Positions 37,101-52,100 of a stretch of 64,000 nucleotides of DNA are shown here, piece after piece. Origin of the DNA: Phoronis australis. Taxonomy: Eukaryota; Animalia; Phoronida. The notes beneath the pieces were generated by a model. It did no database searches, was not told where the DNA came from, and worked only from the letters and a program-made list of their open reading frames with translations. The stretch covers positions 92,730 to 156,729 of the forward strand of contig NMRA01000479.1 in NCBI GenBank assembly GCA_002633005.1. The letters run 5' to 3'. The translations under genes and the position numbers were made by a program. How positions within the stretch are numbered: the first letter of the stretch is position 1; every line of letters begins with the position of its first letter.

Positions 37101-40100
37101 TTTCAAATCAAATCTGTGGAGAGTATAATTCAGTTCCCTTGTTTGCCGATAGCGGAGGTCACGAACAGTGTGACCTAGATATCACAATAGCTGTTTTCAA
37201 ACGAATTTTCTGAAAAAAAACGGTGTCCAATAGGGTGTTGAAAGCGGGTTTGCGGCCAGAAATGTAAAAAGTTGTCACTTAAAGTTTCGTGATCTGTAGT
37301 ACGATTTTCAAGCCCTAAAGAGGAAGATTTAGCCTGGAATGATTATGTTCATTCCCAGTAGTGCAACAAGAAGCATGTCGGTCATGTATTTTGCTAAAAA
37401 ATGAATTCTGAAATTGTTGCACATAGAGCACTTCACGAGAGGCAGTTAGCTTAAGGTTGTACTAGTCCTTTTTAACATTATATTTCTGTTTTTAATTTAT
37501 GCTGTGTTGAAGGTATCACATTTATTAAAAAAGAACTCATACCCATAGACGGATCCATGGAATTAAGATGATGGGGCCCCGACCTCAATTTCCGAAGGAT
37601 AAACCTTCCTAATAGCCTTGCAAGGGGCGTGACGTCAATTTTTGTAGGAAAAACCCTCGCGAGATCCCTGAAAACGAAAGGTCGGCGCCATTTTTTAATC
37701 GTGTGCAGAATGAGGGAGCCCTGGGCCCCCTCGGACCCCCCTATATCCATCTATGCAGCGTACCGTCACAGTTTGATAGGCGGATCCAGGGGGGTAAAAG
37801 GGTTCCAGATCCCTTTGTCCCTTGATTTTGTCCTAGAATTTTCGAATTGTTGATTTGAACCCATTTTTTAAAAAAAAAACCTGGATCCGACCCTGCGTTT
37901 GGTTTCAAAACAGATTGTGCTGGTGAGTGTTCAGATAAATAATAGGGAACGAAATTTTATCATTCCGGAATCAGTAGTAGGTATCAGAAATGGCTAAGGA
38001 TTTCAGGAACTGAAAACGACATGTCAATGCCATTTTTATCATGTGCGAAAGGGAAGCCTAAATCCACTTATGGAGTGTAAAGTTTGTTTTCAAAACAGAT
38101 AGCACCGGTAAATGTACAGCAACAGAAACAGGAGTTCATATAGTAGCCAGAAAAAAAAACAAATGAGTAATTTTTGTTCAAAACTTTATTTTTTATAACG
38201 ATAAACATACAAAATGCCACCCAATGCTGCTTTAAATACCAGTGTTCAGATTTGAATAGTAAATGACTAGCATGGAAGATTTAGCCAGTTCATATGACAT
38301 ATTTGCATGCAATAAGAGATTGTTGCGAAAACAGCAACATCACTTAGCACGAAATGAACATCATAAATGAATACAAAAAATGCAAATGTTACAAATTTCT
38401 ACCACGAGGAATAACTGAATTTCAACACATGTGAAAATTGTCATAAGAGATCAAGCAAAAAAATAAAATCTAGTGGAAAATATATAAACACTTCTTCCAT
38501 ACAACTATAACTTTTGTACGGTGTCATAGATGACATCTGATGCACTTCAAAAATAAAAAAATAAAACAAATATATTCATGCCAGTCCTCGACACAGGCGG
38601 AAATGCCTGCTCGAAAATACGAGTGACCGCATATTCTGCACTCGTATTTCCCGCCGGATTTGGGCTCGCAAAAAGTGACGACCTAAAAAAATGCTGAACG
38701 TTCTTTCCGTGCCTTTTAGAATGTACGGGAGAGGTCAATTTCCCATTCATACTTAACTTTTTCAATCGTATTTTCGAGCAAGTAAATGCTTAATTATGTC
38801 GAACCCTGCATGCAATGAATATGGCGGGATGATATATACCGACTTGACCCTAACTAAGATTGTAATCATCTACCAATGGTCACTACAATACTGCGAAAAG
38901 TGCTCTTTTTGACCGCCTCTTGATTTTGAGAGGGAGCAATAGCTTGGTTTACAGAGGAGCTAAGTCTGGTGTTAAAGGCACTCTGGTTCCCTGGCTGCAG
39001 TCTCTCTGGTGAATTATGTAATCAAAAGGTCCAGCTAACCTAAAAATAAAAGCAATGTATCAGCAGCAGAATCTCAAGCTTTATAGAACAAATCAACCAC
39101 ATCCGCATTTTGTTAGTCTGAATGAAAATTAATTTGTTTTGCAGCATAATGCCATAATGCTGACCTAAAGACATTCTAGTACTATTTTAAGCCTGGAGAC
39201 TGAGGTCAGACAGCTGTGCTTGTGTTGGAAGTTTAATAGTACATACGTGCAGAAAGTGTAACAGACGTAATAAGGCTACCGTATATTAAAACACATTTCA
39301 CGGACCATTACAACTATAAAATAGTTAATATTAATAAATCGACAGTAAAATCATTAAGTAATTGTCTGCAGCAACAACTCGGTTGGTCAGTCACTGAAGT
39401 GAATCAGCTGAGCTGTGCCGCTACACCAGCTATGCGTGGCATGTTTAAACTCACTGTTTTCGATTTTCCTCACGCTATGACACGTTCAACTTGCCGAAAT
39501 TCCTTGCCCACAGTCTTGACGTGCTTCGGTAGTTTAGATTCTGTGATATCAATATCAGATTCCACCAAACTTTTAAGTTAATTTCAATTCTTGTCGATCA
39601 CCTCCTTCGTGAGTGTAAACGCAAAACAAGGGAACTGACCTCTGACCTAGACTGTCATTGGCAAACACTCGCACGACGATCGCCACCTTGCGGATGGCCT
39701 AGTTCACGAATTTCTGGTGATGGTCATCATTCAGTCCTGGAGTTGGGTTTTGTTGAACTAACATTCACAACCACCCGTCATTAATTTGATTTGATATGCT
39801 AGTATAAATTTTTGACATTTTAGCATAACATTGATGTCAACTGAATGTTCATGCTTGTAATTATCATGTGTTGACAGATATTTTAATTTCACTGTTTTTC
39901 AGATGTATACCAGGGTAACATGTTTGTGAATCTGAACAGTATTGTAAAGGAGATTATTATTGGTCTCTTTGGGGAACAGGTACACCTTCCTTATGTCTTA
40001 TTCATAGTTAAACGTCTTATAAAACTTGACTGTGATTTGAGTTGACCATAAATTCTTTTCATCGTTTCTTGACATGAAAAGAACTGACATTATGGGTGAA

Positions 40101-43100
40101 TTTCCTTGTATTTCTCAACTATGCGTACTTTTCAACATGAAATATATTTTTACAGTAACTTAAAATCAGTCAGGTTTGTGCACACAACCATTTTTCAGTG
40201 ATTCACAGAAGCTGGTGGTTTTCAATCTCCTTGGGCTGTTGAATGTGTTTAGACCTAGTGAACCTTCTGTTTATATCGTTTATTATATTCTTGCTCAAGG
40301 TAATTCAGTTGAATCGACATCACCTGACATTAGCAGATGATTTCTTCATCCAGTCAATGCAGACCAACTACTAAAGATAACTAGACAGGTTTCCATCATC
40401 AGCTTGGTACTGGGCTGTGGTTCTTTAAGTCATTAAATATTTCATGCAATAAAATCAATAAAAATGGTTTTCTTCACCCATTTGGCAGTCCACCATTTTA
40501 GAAACTATTGTCAAGGTCGTCACCTGGTTACCAACTGTATTCAATTACTGTTCATTGTCAGATTGCCAAGCAGTGGTGAATGTAGGTCACTAAGCAGTGG
40601 TGAATGTAGGTCACTAAGCAGTGGTGAATGTAGGTCACTAAGCAGTGGTGAATGTCGGTCGCTAAGCAGTGGTGAATGTCTGTTGCTAAGCAGTGGTGAA
40701 TGTCGATCGCTAAGCAGTTGTGAGTGTCCGTCACTATGCAAACAGCATGAAGATTGAAAGGAGATAAAAAGGGTTGTTCAATGAGAGGAAAAGTTCATAA
40801 AATTTTAATCTGATTACTTGGCGAAATTTATGTTGCTCTTCCACTAAGTTTGTTTTTTTAATTTTTAAAATTTTTTTTTCTTCGCACTATACAGGTCGCA
40901 ATTTTCGTCTGATCATCACGAAATTTACACATAACACGTACTTTCGGAAGTACTGGAAGCATATTGTTTTTCGTCAAAATCGGATCCAAGATGGCGGCTG
41001 TGGTGGCCATTTTGTTTTCATTTAAAGGTTCAAATGCTTCTGGAGGCTACGATTTTTTACGTAAAAGGCTAAGAATCGGCACAGTAACTGGACCAAAAGT
41101 TTTCTACAAGTATACCGGAAATTGATTACTTCCGGTTAAAGTTGGCGGAAATATCGGCGATCGCGCATGTGCACCTCGATTTTGGCCTAAAAACGTTTTC
41201 TCCTGTAGAGGGCGCATTATAAGACCAATTCATTTGAATTTTTACAGGTATTAGTTTCTTATGAAATGCTGTTACACAAAGCCAAAAAACCGGAAGTTGC
41301 TTTCAAGGTGGCGGATGTGGCGCATGTTGACCCATTTTCAGTCGTGCTGGAGTGCGATTTTAAACGGGAAGAGAAAAAGACGTGATTTTTTGCATGTGGA
41401 TTCTTTGAAGTATATTCCTTCAAATGGCCTATAACAATTTTTCTCTCAGACTTACCGTTTTCTAGTTATTTGACTTTGAATTTCTTAAAAAAAAACGCAA
41501 AATTTCGAAAAATTTACGGAATTAGGCGATACCATTAGTTTAGATAGAATTTTGAACGGGCTTTCAGAAGATGTTTTTCATTTTTCGCTAGGACGTCTAC
41601 TTTTCGAGTTATTTGAGATTTTCTGATAACCCTGTTCCTTTGTTGAGCGCTCTTGCTGCATTGATGTTGGTTTATCTTCTATTGAACTAGACTGTAGCCT
41701 ATTTCTTATTGATTTATGACATCTAAGTTCATCATATGAATGTTGTGATGTTGTTCATCATCGCCACCACCATCATCATATTCTTCATCGTCATCATCTT
41801 CGTCATCATCTCCGTCGTTGTCTTTTCCGTTAAATTCGCCAAGTGTCGCTCAAGACTGTAGCCTTTTTCTTACTGATTTCGGACTTCTACGTTCGTCATG
41901 TGTATGTTATTATTACTTCTTTTATCCATCCTCGCCACCAGCGTCGTCATATTCGTCATCTTCGTCATCATCTTTATCGTCATCTTTTTCGTTAATTTCG
42001 CCAAGTTTCGCTCCTTGGAGCGCTTTCATTTTAAAATATTGTTCATCTCCCTTGATCCAGAGACATATAGTTGTTTAACTTGTGCATTGCATATTCATTT
42101 TTACGAACAATCAGATTTTTGAATGGCGATGAAGTTTTCATGGCAGGATTAGTTTGTGGTGGTCATTTTGAGCTAGACTACGAGTGGTGGGGCCAAAAAA
42201 GAACATGGCGGGGCGAAAAAGGAATGCGGCAGGGCCAAAAAGGAACATGGCGTGGCCAAAAATTAAAGGAACATGGCGAACCGCCCAGATTTTTACTCAT
42301 TAGGGAAACACTAGGGTATTTAACTGAAATTAGAATTGTGTATTGATTAAGCTCCATCTTAGTAAAAAGTTGTTCTGAACTGCAGTGATTTCACCAGCAT
42401 GTCTAGTATAATATGAAATTATATGTAGTTGCTATCCTGTTAAAATTATTCCTTTTTTATCCTTTAGTGTTATGCCCAGTGATTTCTGTATTTTTCCTTT
42501 AAGTTAAAGCGTGCTGTGAATCATTTCAGAAACTAACAGTTGCAATGTATGACTTCCAAGCATGGGCCGAGGACAATGCTAGACTTATCGAATCAGTCTT
42601 CAACTGTCAAGAGTGGAGGGTATTTTTTAATATTAATTACGAAAAATGCAATAAAAAGAGTTAAGCCCAGAAAGCGCTAGAAAGCATTATATGTTGGCGT
42701 AGTTTTACTGGTAGTTCAGTTCAGTCACATATTGTTAGTTTTTTTGAAAGGGCAAGCTTCATTATGTTTTTGTTATTATCTTTATGTAAGAGTAGAGAGT
42801 GTGTCATGTTTTATAAAGACATGCATTAGAAATGTTGCGCTACTTGATATTTTGTGTTTTGTAGTAGTTAAAAGCTTCTTTCAAAGGGTCTTCATTATGT
42901 TTTGCATATTCAAAGTGTGGCTGTGTTTGCATGCGTACATACTAGTACATTCAGAGGCCCCAAATGCTAAAACAGTGTGACAAAAATACGTAATGCCTAT
43001 GACCTGTACACAGGGGGCACTAGCAGTGCACTGTACACGTGCCTGGCGAAGAATTGCACTATCCTAGTTTTGTTGGTTTGGGGTGCCCATCCCTTAATGC

Positions 43101-46100
43101 GTTTCAAATAAGTGTAAGTGAAATTCCCTGAATTCCTTTGACAAAAGCATAGTGTGATTTTCTTTGTGTGACAAACTGACTGCAAACTGTTTGTGTTGTC
43201 AAGTGTTATACAACATATAAATCATGCTGTTTTATATCTATTTTTATTTGTAGTAGTAGAATTTGGCATTCCTTATCCCTGGATGTTCTAGCATTGTTCC
43301 TAAAGGTTTTCTGTTGTCAATGTTGATCAAAACATTTTCAGAGACAGGCTGAACTGAGGAATATGAACGGTATCAGTAAATCCCTGTTGTCTGCCAGTCG
43401 ACGGATGTTCTACTCCTGGAAGCAACTCTCTGATTGGCCGGATGAAAAGGTTCCATGTTCACGATGTAAGCATGCCACGTGCCTCTACGATGGTCGTATT
43501 TATATGTATGGTGGCCGTGATATGACGATGGGATTGAAGGATCTATGGTCATATTCCTTAGGTAGGCTATAGCATGATTTGTTTTCTTCTTTGTTTTATT
43601 TTAATATTTTTATGATGGTAACCTCATCAGCACCAAGCAGTGCTTTCCCCAAGTGCCCTCAGCACTGACTTCACACCACATTTCATTCACTCCTTTTCAC
43701 AAATTTGAATTTAGACCTAAGCTGGGCACTCGATAATTAAGTAACAATACCATTAGTAAAATAGTCAATGTCTGCCAGCTAACCTAGGACTTGAACTAGG
43801 GAATAACAAATCCACAAAGTGAGACACTACACCTGGTCGTCCAGTATATTTTCCTGTGTATTTAGTAAATTAAAGTGAAAAAAAACTGGTTTGAAGTTAG
43901 GCTTTAATGTGCAGTTTTTCTTCATGTGTTTAGTCGTCTCAAATGAGTTGTCACAAAATGTACCTCATGGCGACAGACGTACCTTAACTTTAAAAAAAAA
44001 TGAAGAAACCGACTTTCCAACGGTTGTTATGCATGATCCGGGCCTGGTGTCTAATTTTTGGTTCTGAAATCAAACTTATTTTTGGACATTTTCTGTTCTT
44101 AGTAGAAACTCAAGATGATTTATATTCTAGAGTATGTTGCGGTTTACATACAGATGAGTGACTGTCTTGTTCAAGTTCACACTTGTTGACCCCTAGATCT
44201 GAGCTATACTTCGTGTCAGAATAAATATTGATGAAGTTATTAGTAAGAATAGATCCATTTTAAGTTGACCAAAATTTGTGCATATGTACTTTTAAATCAT
44301 GGGGTCAAACTTGTTGACATGTACTTTAACGTAAAAATCTTTTTTAAATGGTGTTTACTACTTTGGGTTCTGGGGTCAAAGCACTCTAGAGATTCTTAAA
44401 AATTCTGAGAACAAATTGTAACAGCTAATTAGCTGATTAGATAAGATCATGTGGTTTTTATTAGCCAATCACTAAATATTTAAGTAGAATATTGTAATAT
44501 GGGTTAAAATCAACAAGATATTCAGATGACCTATAGTAGTTGAAGCATAGAGACTTGCTACAGTGTACAGAGGAAATTGTACAACAGAGCCATCTCGTGG
44601 AAGATTCTAGAAAGGATCTTGGCAAGGGCGAGGGTTAACGAACAGGAAGTTAACTAAGAGCTTGTCACTTCCATCGTGAGTAGTAAGATACTACCTGAAG
44701 TGTTGCGTCACCAGCCAGAGACTGTGACCAGCAAGAAGAATCGCGGGTAGAAGAAATTGCCTGCAAGTGTTGCATCACCAGAGACGGTGACCAGCAAGTA
44801 CACTGTCACTATACAGTATGTGTAGTTCGAACATTCACCAACAGGACAGGTGTCCAACAAGTGGAGAGTCTTAGCTTGGATAGCAGATAAGACATTTGAT
44901 TATTTTGGTTGATTGATTGAAGTAATCTTTAAAGAGGGCGCTAGTGTAGTTACTCTTCATTGTAGTTGATTACTTAATTAACAGTTGGTTTCACTTGTCT
45001 AATTAGGGCTTATCATATAATAAATTAATTACTGGATTTGATAATTCACTTTCCATATACACACAATCTCAAAGCATAGCTACCTTTTAAACAAACCCAC
45101 AGTCAATCGTCTGACAGTTCACATCTGATGACCCCTAGCTCTGAACTACAGTTCACACTTGGTGACTCCTCGATCTGAACTACAGTTCACACTTGATTAC
45201 CCCTAGATCTGAGCTATAATTCGTACTTGATGGCCCCTAGATCTGAGCTATAAGCTCGAGTGAAAGCACAAGATTTGGAGTCAAAACTCAAAACTTCGAA
45301 TTCAGACTCGAACTTATTCCTTTAACGTTATGGTCATCAAGTACAAACTAGGAATTGACAGTCATCCCCGTAAGCCATAGTGTACTGTATGAGATATCTT
45401 GAGTTGAAAATAAGTTTGATTTTGAGTACAAAAAGTAGATCTTGGGGCCCTCTTTGTGTTGTCAGAAGAAACATTGTATTTGTTTTACACAACTAATGAT
45501 ATATTTTATTTCTAGCCAGTGACAGCTGGGAACAAATTGAGGTCATAGGTGAAAGGCCATCTTTGTTAGAAGGTCACACAATTGTGCCATATAAGGTAAA
45601 GGCTTCAATAGTCAATTGTTTTCCAGTGCATAATGCTTTTCGATTGCTTTTGTTATGTCACGTTTATCTCATTTACGGGTGTGCACAGGTTGTTACTGAC
45701 CGGTGCTAATAGCTTTCGTTGTGACAGTAGACTTCAAATTGGTTCGAGTTAATCACTTTTTATTCTCGACCGTATGTTCATAAGTTTACTCAAACAAGCT
45801 GTCTGATGCAATGTCTGGTCTATGCTCCAGCCAGTGCAACGAAGCCTTGACTTGTGATGAACTTCTGACACACTTCCAGCAACTGTTACACTCATTGATT
45901 CAACAACCTGCTGTCTCAATAGCTGCCACTCTATTGACTAACACTTTTCAGTAACAATTTCATTTCAGGTTTGTGGAAGGTAGGCGGGAAGGTGATCTAA
46001 GGCACTGTGACTTGTCCTCTGTAAAAACTGAAATGTTTTGCTAGTTTGCTTTTCTTTGACATACTACAAAGATATATCCTGTTTGTAACTGACACGACTG

Positions 46101-49100
46101 GAATGAACTTAACTTTAACATATTGCAATATATATCCCATTGTAGCTGATGCGACTGGAATGAACTTAACTTTAACATAAGACACACTAAATGGATCTTG
46201 TTTGTAGCTGATATGACTGGAATGAGTTTTCCAAGTCTTATAATATCTAAAAATTTAGAAATATGTGTAAATATTTTAGCAAAGTAGAAGAAAGACGTCA
46301 AACTTAAATCACTTCACAAAAACCTAGAATGGGTGAATTGTTTATTGAGTGTTAAATTAATTTTGTAATTGTTCTCGCATATGCTGTGACGGAGACCTTA
46401 CACTGATTTACTTGACTGTGTGCATTAATGTTGTTGATGTATACATGATTGTCTGTATGTTGTGATAGGGGCACTGAATCTTATTTAATTATCAATGAGA
46501 AGTAAGTAATTATAAGTAGTCGTATGTATATATTTAGACTAGGTTTTTGTTAGCTGAGATGTTGGCCTGGTTTTATGAAAACTTGTGTCTTGTTTCCAGG
46601 GCAACCTGTACATGTTTGGTGGAGAGTTTGGTTTTGGTGGAAAAGATGAAACTCCTCTTTGGATATTTAATGTTGGTGAGTTTTATATCTGACTTGTATC
46701 AGTCTGAGATCTGCATCAGTCTGATGTGATGATCTTTTGTTAGGATAAGCACCTTGTATCTATAGTAAGGTCTCATTTGTTGACTGGTAGTAATATAATG
46801 TGTCACCAACTTATGGATGTCTCAAGCCTTATTCACGAAAATTGTTCATTTTTACAGTATTTCACATACTTCTAGCAAAACACCTTGGGGAACTTCAAAT
46901 ACTAAGTATATACCGTGTAGCGAGCTGGTCATATTTTGATGAAATTTTGCACAAGTGTATAGTGCTTGTCAATTTTAAATCTGCTCCTGCAGTCTTGCAT
47001 GAGAGTTTTCAGTATTTTTGGAAGAAAGTTTCTGGATGATATCTAGAGACCAGATTGATGAATTTCAATGAAACTTTAACAGAAGTTTGTGATGTTAGCC
47101 ATGCTACAGCACATTTAGATTTATCTTGACAAAGAGTTGTTTTGGTGTTTTGTGGAAATTGTTTGAGGATGATGTCAAAAAGCTATTGATTGATTTTGAT
47201 GACACGGAGGTATGTGGCAGCACTTCAATGGTATCAGTCGATTTTCAGGCTGATTTGAGTACTGCAGCACCCTCTAGGGACTGGTTCATTTTGAAGATGA
47301 TGGCTGCTGCTAGTTTGGAGCATATTTCAACAAGTGCTGTACTATTATGTCATTTTCTGTCTCATCCTTGTATGTGCCAAACATCATGATTGTGATTTAC
47401 GAAAAGAACTAAAAAAACTAAATATGGTATTTTTGTCCCTTTATGGCATGTTTTATTTTGTTACTAGTGTTGAAGACTGGTAATTTTTAAACCTGTTTAT
47501 TTGTTGTTAGTTTAAATAGGTGAGGTACCGAAACTTTTTGTCAATTCTGTCTTTTGCAGCTACCCCTGTGGTCCAACTATTGTCTCCTCTAGAAAGATAT
47601 GGTTGGAATGCACTGTTGACGTATATCAACATTTCTCTTGTATCAACTGCTAGAATTCCACTTGATGAAGACATTTCCAAAAATTTGACGGGAAAATCGC
47701 AAATTATCTGTAGTCATTTTATGAAGCTCTGCAAAAACAGAGCGACATTTTCTCGTGTGTCGCAAGGTGCTCGGTGTGTAGAATGAAAATTTGATATGTA
47801 CCATGGGAAGATTATCCAGGGTAATTTGTTCTTGGATAATTGAACATGACTTTAACTCATGATGTGGACATGAATTTACCTCATGGTGTGCACTGGACTT
47901 TAACTCATGGTGTGCTCATGGTTTTAGTCAGAGTAGGCAGGAATGGGCAAAAATTACAGAATCTGTCCAACTTTTGTTAGAATCCAAGTGGATGTATTGC
48001 AATGAAATGAACATTTAGCTGTGTTGAACATTATATAATTTCCCCTTGTTTGTAGACTCCAATTCATGGAGGAAGTTCAGTATTGACTCTGAAGTACAGA
48101 TGCCTGCTGGAAGACGTGGACATACGGCGGTGATATCCCAGAATGCTATGCATATCTATGGAGGCTACATGGACTTAAAAGGCTCAACTAGTGAGCTTTG
48201 GACATTTGACTTTGGTAGGTCGCTAATGATAGAAGCCTTGTTTATTCAGTAAAGAAAATTGGTTGTCAACGTCGTCTTTGTTATTTGTGATGTAGTGATT
48301 ATAAATTAGCATTCAGCTCTGATGGTCTGTGTCCTGAGTCCAGGATCTAACCTCTGAACTCAAGACTCAGATTCGGGCTCAAAGTTCAGCCAGCCACACT
48401 CGGTGATTTGAGTACAATTTTGTGTGACGTTAGCTCACTTGTTGCATGATATGCAACATAGGCCTACTTTCGAGAAAATAAGCCCATGAGTAGTTGTTCA
48501 GATTTCCCATGTTCATCACGTAAATTGTCTGTTAGAATGTCATTTTACTAGTTTTATCTATTTTAAAGACGACAATGTTGATTTGGCATCTTGCATCATT
48601 GCCATCGAATGAAATAAAGTTAACAACTAAACAAATTTTCAAATTACTTTAATCATAAGCTGTGTCTGTTTTGTAATCTGGAAGTCTCATTCTTGCAGAT
48701 TCTGAATCGTTCCATCTTGTCTACAGCAGTGTCTTGACTGAAGATGGCGCTGGTCCACGTCATCACCACTCAGCAGTGGTTCATGGGAGTGCCATGTGGG
48801 TTTATGGGGGAAACATTGACCTCCAGCCGAGAAATGATTTGTGGAGATGGAGTTTCAGTGAGTGAGCTTGTAAAATGCAGTAGCCATACTGTCACCATAT
48901 AACTGTTAAATGTGCACTGTGTGCTTCAGAATGAAGGATAACACACAGAATTATGGCGTATACATCTAAAGTAGTGGCTCTTCTGCATCGGGCAGGATAC
49001 AGCAAAAACTATGTTTTTTGACACGTATGACTCGTTTCCTGCAGTACAATCTGTTGTTGGATTGGTAAACATACATGTAAGACAATGACATGCAGGCTAC

Positions 49101-52100
49101 AAAGTGAAAGTTGTCTTCTAAAGTTTATGACATAATTATCTCTGTTTGTGATTGGGACATGATAAGAAACACTTGACCTATCAAAAAATCTTTTAAATGT
49201 ATTCAGCTTTTTTGTCTGCAATAGACCAGCAACAAAGAAAAGTCTGGTGGCGTAACTGAGTAAGACTTATTAACTGTATATGACTGATAAATTGTAGGAC
49301 GGATAACCTGTGTAGGACTGATAAACTGTGTAAGACTGATAAACTGTGTAGGACGGATAAACTGTAGGACTGGTAAACTGTAGGACTGATAACCTGTGTA
49401 GGACTGATAACCTGTGTAGGACTGATAACCTGTGTAGGACTGATAACCTGTGTAGGACTGATAAACTGTGGGACTGATAAACTGTAGGACTGATAAACTG
49501 TAGGACTGATAACCTGTGTAGGACTGATAAACTGTGGGACTGATAAACTGTAGGACTGATAAACTGTAGGACTGATAAACTGTGTAGGACTGATAAACTG
49601 TGTAGGACTGATAAGCTGTAGGGCTGATAAACTGTGGGACTGAGTGTGTAGGGCTGATAAACTGTGGGACTGACTGTGTAGGGCTGATAAACTGTGGGAC
49701 TGAGTATGTAGGGCTGATAAACTGTGGGATTGAGTGTGTAGGGCTGATAAACTGATCTGGTAAGTGTTGATGCTGGATAAGTATTTTAAATTCTAATCTC
49801 AGCTGTTGGTGTACTAAGTTATTACGTTACCACACTCTTGATAGAATAAAGGAAATAAGAAGGTCTTTGGACTCTCAAAATTAATTGACTTGACCAACGC
49901 TCTCTATTTGCCCTTTGATAAAATGTATCATGGTTGTGCATTTTTATTTAGATTTGCGAAAATGGACAAAAATAAAACGCTTCGGCCCGCCTGAGTTGTT
50001 TGGTCATTCGGCGATCAAGGTTATGGATGCCATGTTGATCTTTGGTGGAGAATCGAGTGGAGGTCAGTCAGATCAGATATGGAGATTTCACTTTGGTAAG
50101 TATTAGAATTCTTGCAACTTTCCTTGTGTTCAGCTTTCAAAAAAACAATATCAAGACTTGGCCAATGGTCATCAAGAACCGGTCTCAAATTCCAGGGCAT
50201 GCAAGAGTGAAAAAGTTACAAAAATCATAGATTTCAAAATTTCATGGCTTCAATTTCATTGATAGTGTACAGTGGACTAACAACATCAAAAAGTTGAGAA
50301 TGTAGTCGGGTTTGTTGTGAACGCAAGGTACATAATCAGGTTTGTTGTGAACACGGGGTAATCCTGTTTGTTATGAACGCAGAGTAATAAGTGTTGTTGT
50401 GAACGCAGGATAATCAGGTTTGTTGTGAACGCAGGGTAATCAGATTTGTTGTGATCGCAGTTAATCGGGCTTATTGTGAACGCAAGGTTATCAGGTTTGT
50501 TATGAACGCAGGGTAATCGGGCTTATTGTGAATAACAGGATAATCAGATTTGTTGTGCACACGGGGTAATCAGGCTTGTTTTGAATGCAGAAGCCAGAGA
50601 ATTATTAAATTAATAGCCAATATACATGCACAAACAGATTTGTTAATTCATCAGACTTTTTGTTCAGTGCAAACCAAAAAAATGTAGTGTGGGCCAGAGA
50701 CAAGTGTATGCAAATAAGTATTACCCAATTATATTGGTCAATTAAGCATTATTTAATAAGTATTACCCAATTATATTGGTCAATTAAGCATTATTTAATA
50801 AGTATTACCCAATTATATTGGTCAATTAAGCATTATTGAATAAGTATTACCCAATTATATTGGTCAATTAAGCATTATTTAATAAGTATTACCCAATTAT
50901 ATTGGTCAATTAAGCATTATTAAGTATTACCCAATTATATTGTTCAATTAAGCATTATTTAATAAGTATTACCCAATTATATTGGTCAATTAAGCATTAT
51001 TTAATAAGTATTACCCAAGTATATTGGTTAATTAAGCATTATTTAATAAGTGTTACCCAATTATATTGGTCAATTAAGCATTATTTAATTTTATGCATTA
51101 AATCGCATGTCATTTGTCAGTTCCAATTCAATGTTGAAACAAGCCAAAAATTTTAAAAATATTTCTTTGTTATCGGGACTGTATATAATGGGTGGAAGAC
51201 CGTCTCTGCCATTGTTGTTTTCACCAGACAGACTGATATTGAGGAGTTGTGAGGAAAGTTTGTGGAAAGCCGTATTTTTCATACATGAAAGGGAGCGTGT
51301 ATGGAGCCTGTAGCAACAGCAACTCATGCTATAAACATTCCCACTAAATAAGATTGGTCCTAACCCCGCTTGTCAAGGTAAACGGTGGGGTTTGGAAAAT
51401 TGAACTTGACCGTATTTATCCACCTTGGCTGAGTCGCGCTCGGCTCACGATCAAAGGGATGCCGCCAAGCTGCTCTATTCATCGAGTCAGGAGCGAGGAT
51501 AATTGGCTTCGCTCATGTGGATATGATCAGCTGATTACAATCTACCTAGCAGACTGTACTTTTTATTTAGAGAGTTTTAAGTAGTTTTTACTGTAATATT
51601 TGAAAAGAGGAGCGAAAACAAATATGAGTACNTAAGTGAAAAACAATCTATTTTCTTGCATAATCCTCCGCCTTTTGTAACAAAAAAATCTGTCGTCGAT
51701 GACCCACACACGCACGCTCACTCACTCTCATACGCAGACGAACTTCAAAACAAACGTGACGTGACAACAACATGTGTGTTCATCCAGAGATTTTTCTCGT
51801 GTTGTGGGGTACGATTTGGACAGATTTGGACTTAATCGGAATTAATCTGGACTCCACATGAACTTTAAAAATTGTAAAACATAAGGAAGATTTCAGGTAA
51901 TTTGTTGAGTCGAAACTATATTTTTATTCAAGAGTTCAAGTTTTCCTATTGACAATCGCGATTCAGCGACGCATCAGCCCGGCAAGTTTTCGCCCTGTGA
52001 TGAGCACAATTTTTTGAAAAATTATCGTAATTTAACAACAGAAGTTGATAGCAATGCTCCACAATTTTGTAGAAAGACTGTCATAGACTATAAATACGTC

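Noticed and set aside
43363-43365. ATG as the true start of the kelch protein
   Set aside because: Frame is open back to an acceptor at 43341 and four upstream exons join in phase; it remains a possible alternative start.
44490-45110. Possible solo LTR
   Set aside because: Starts with TGTAA and has an AATAAA, but I found no matching CA end or TSD.
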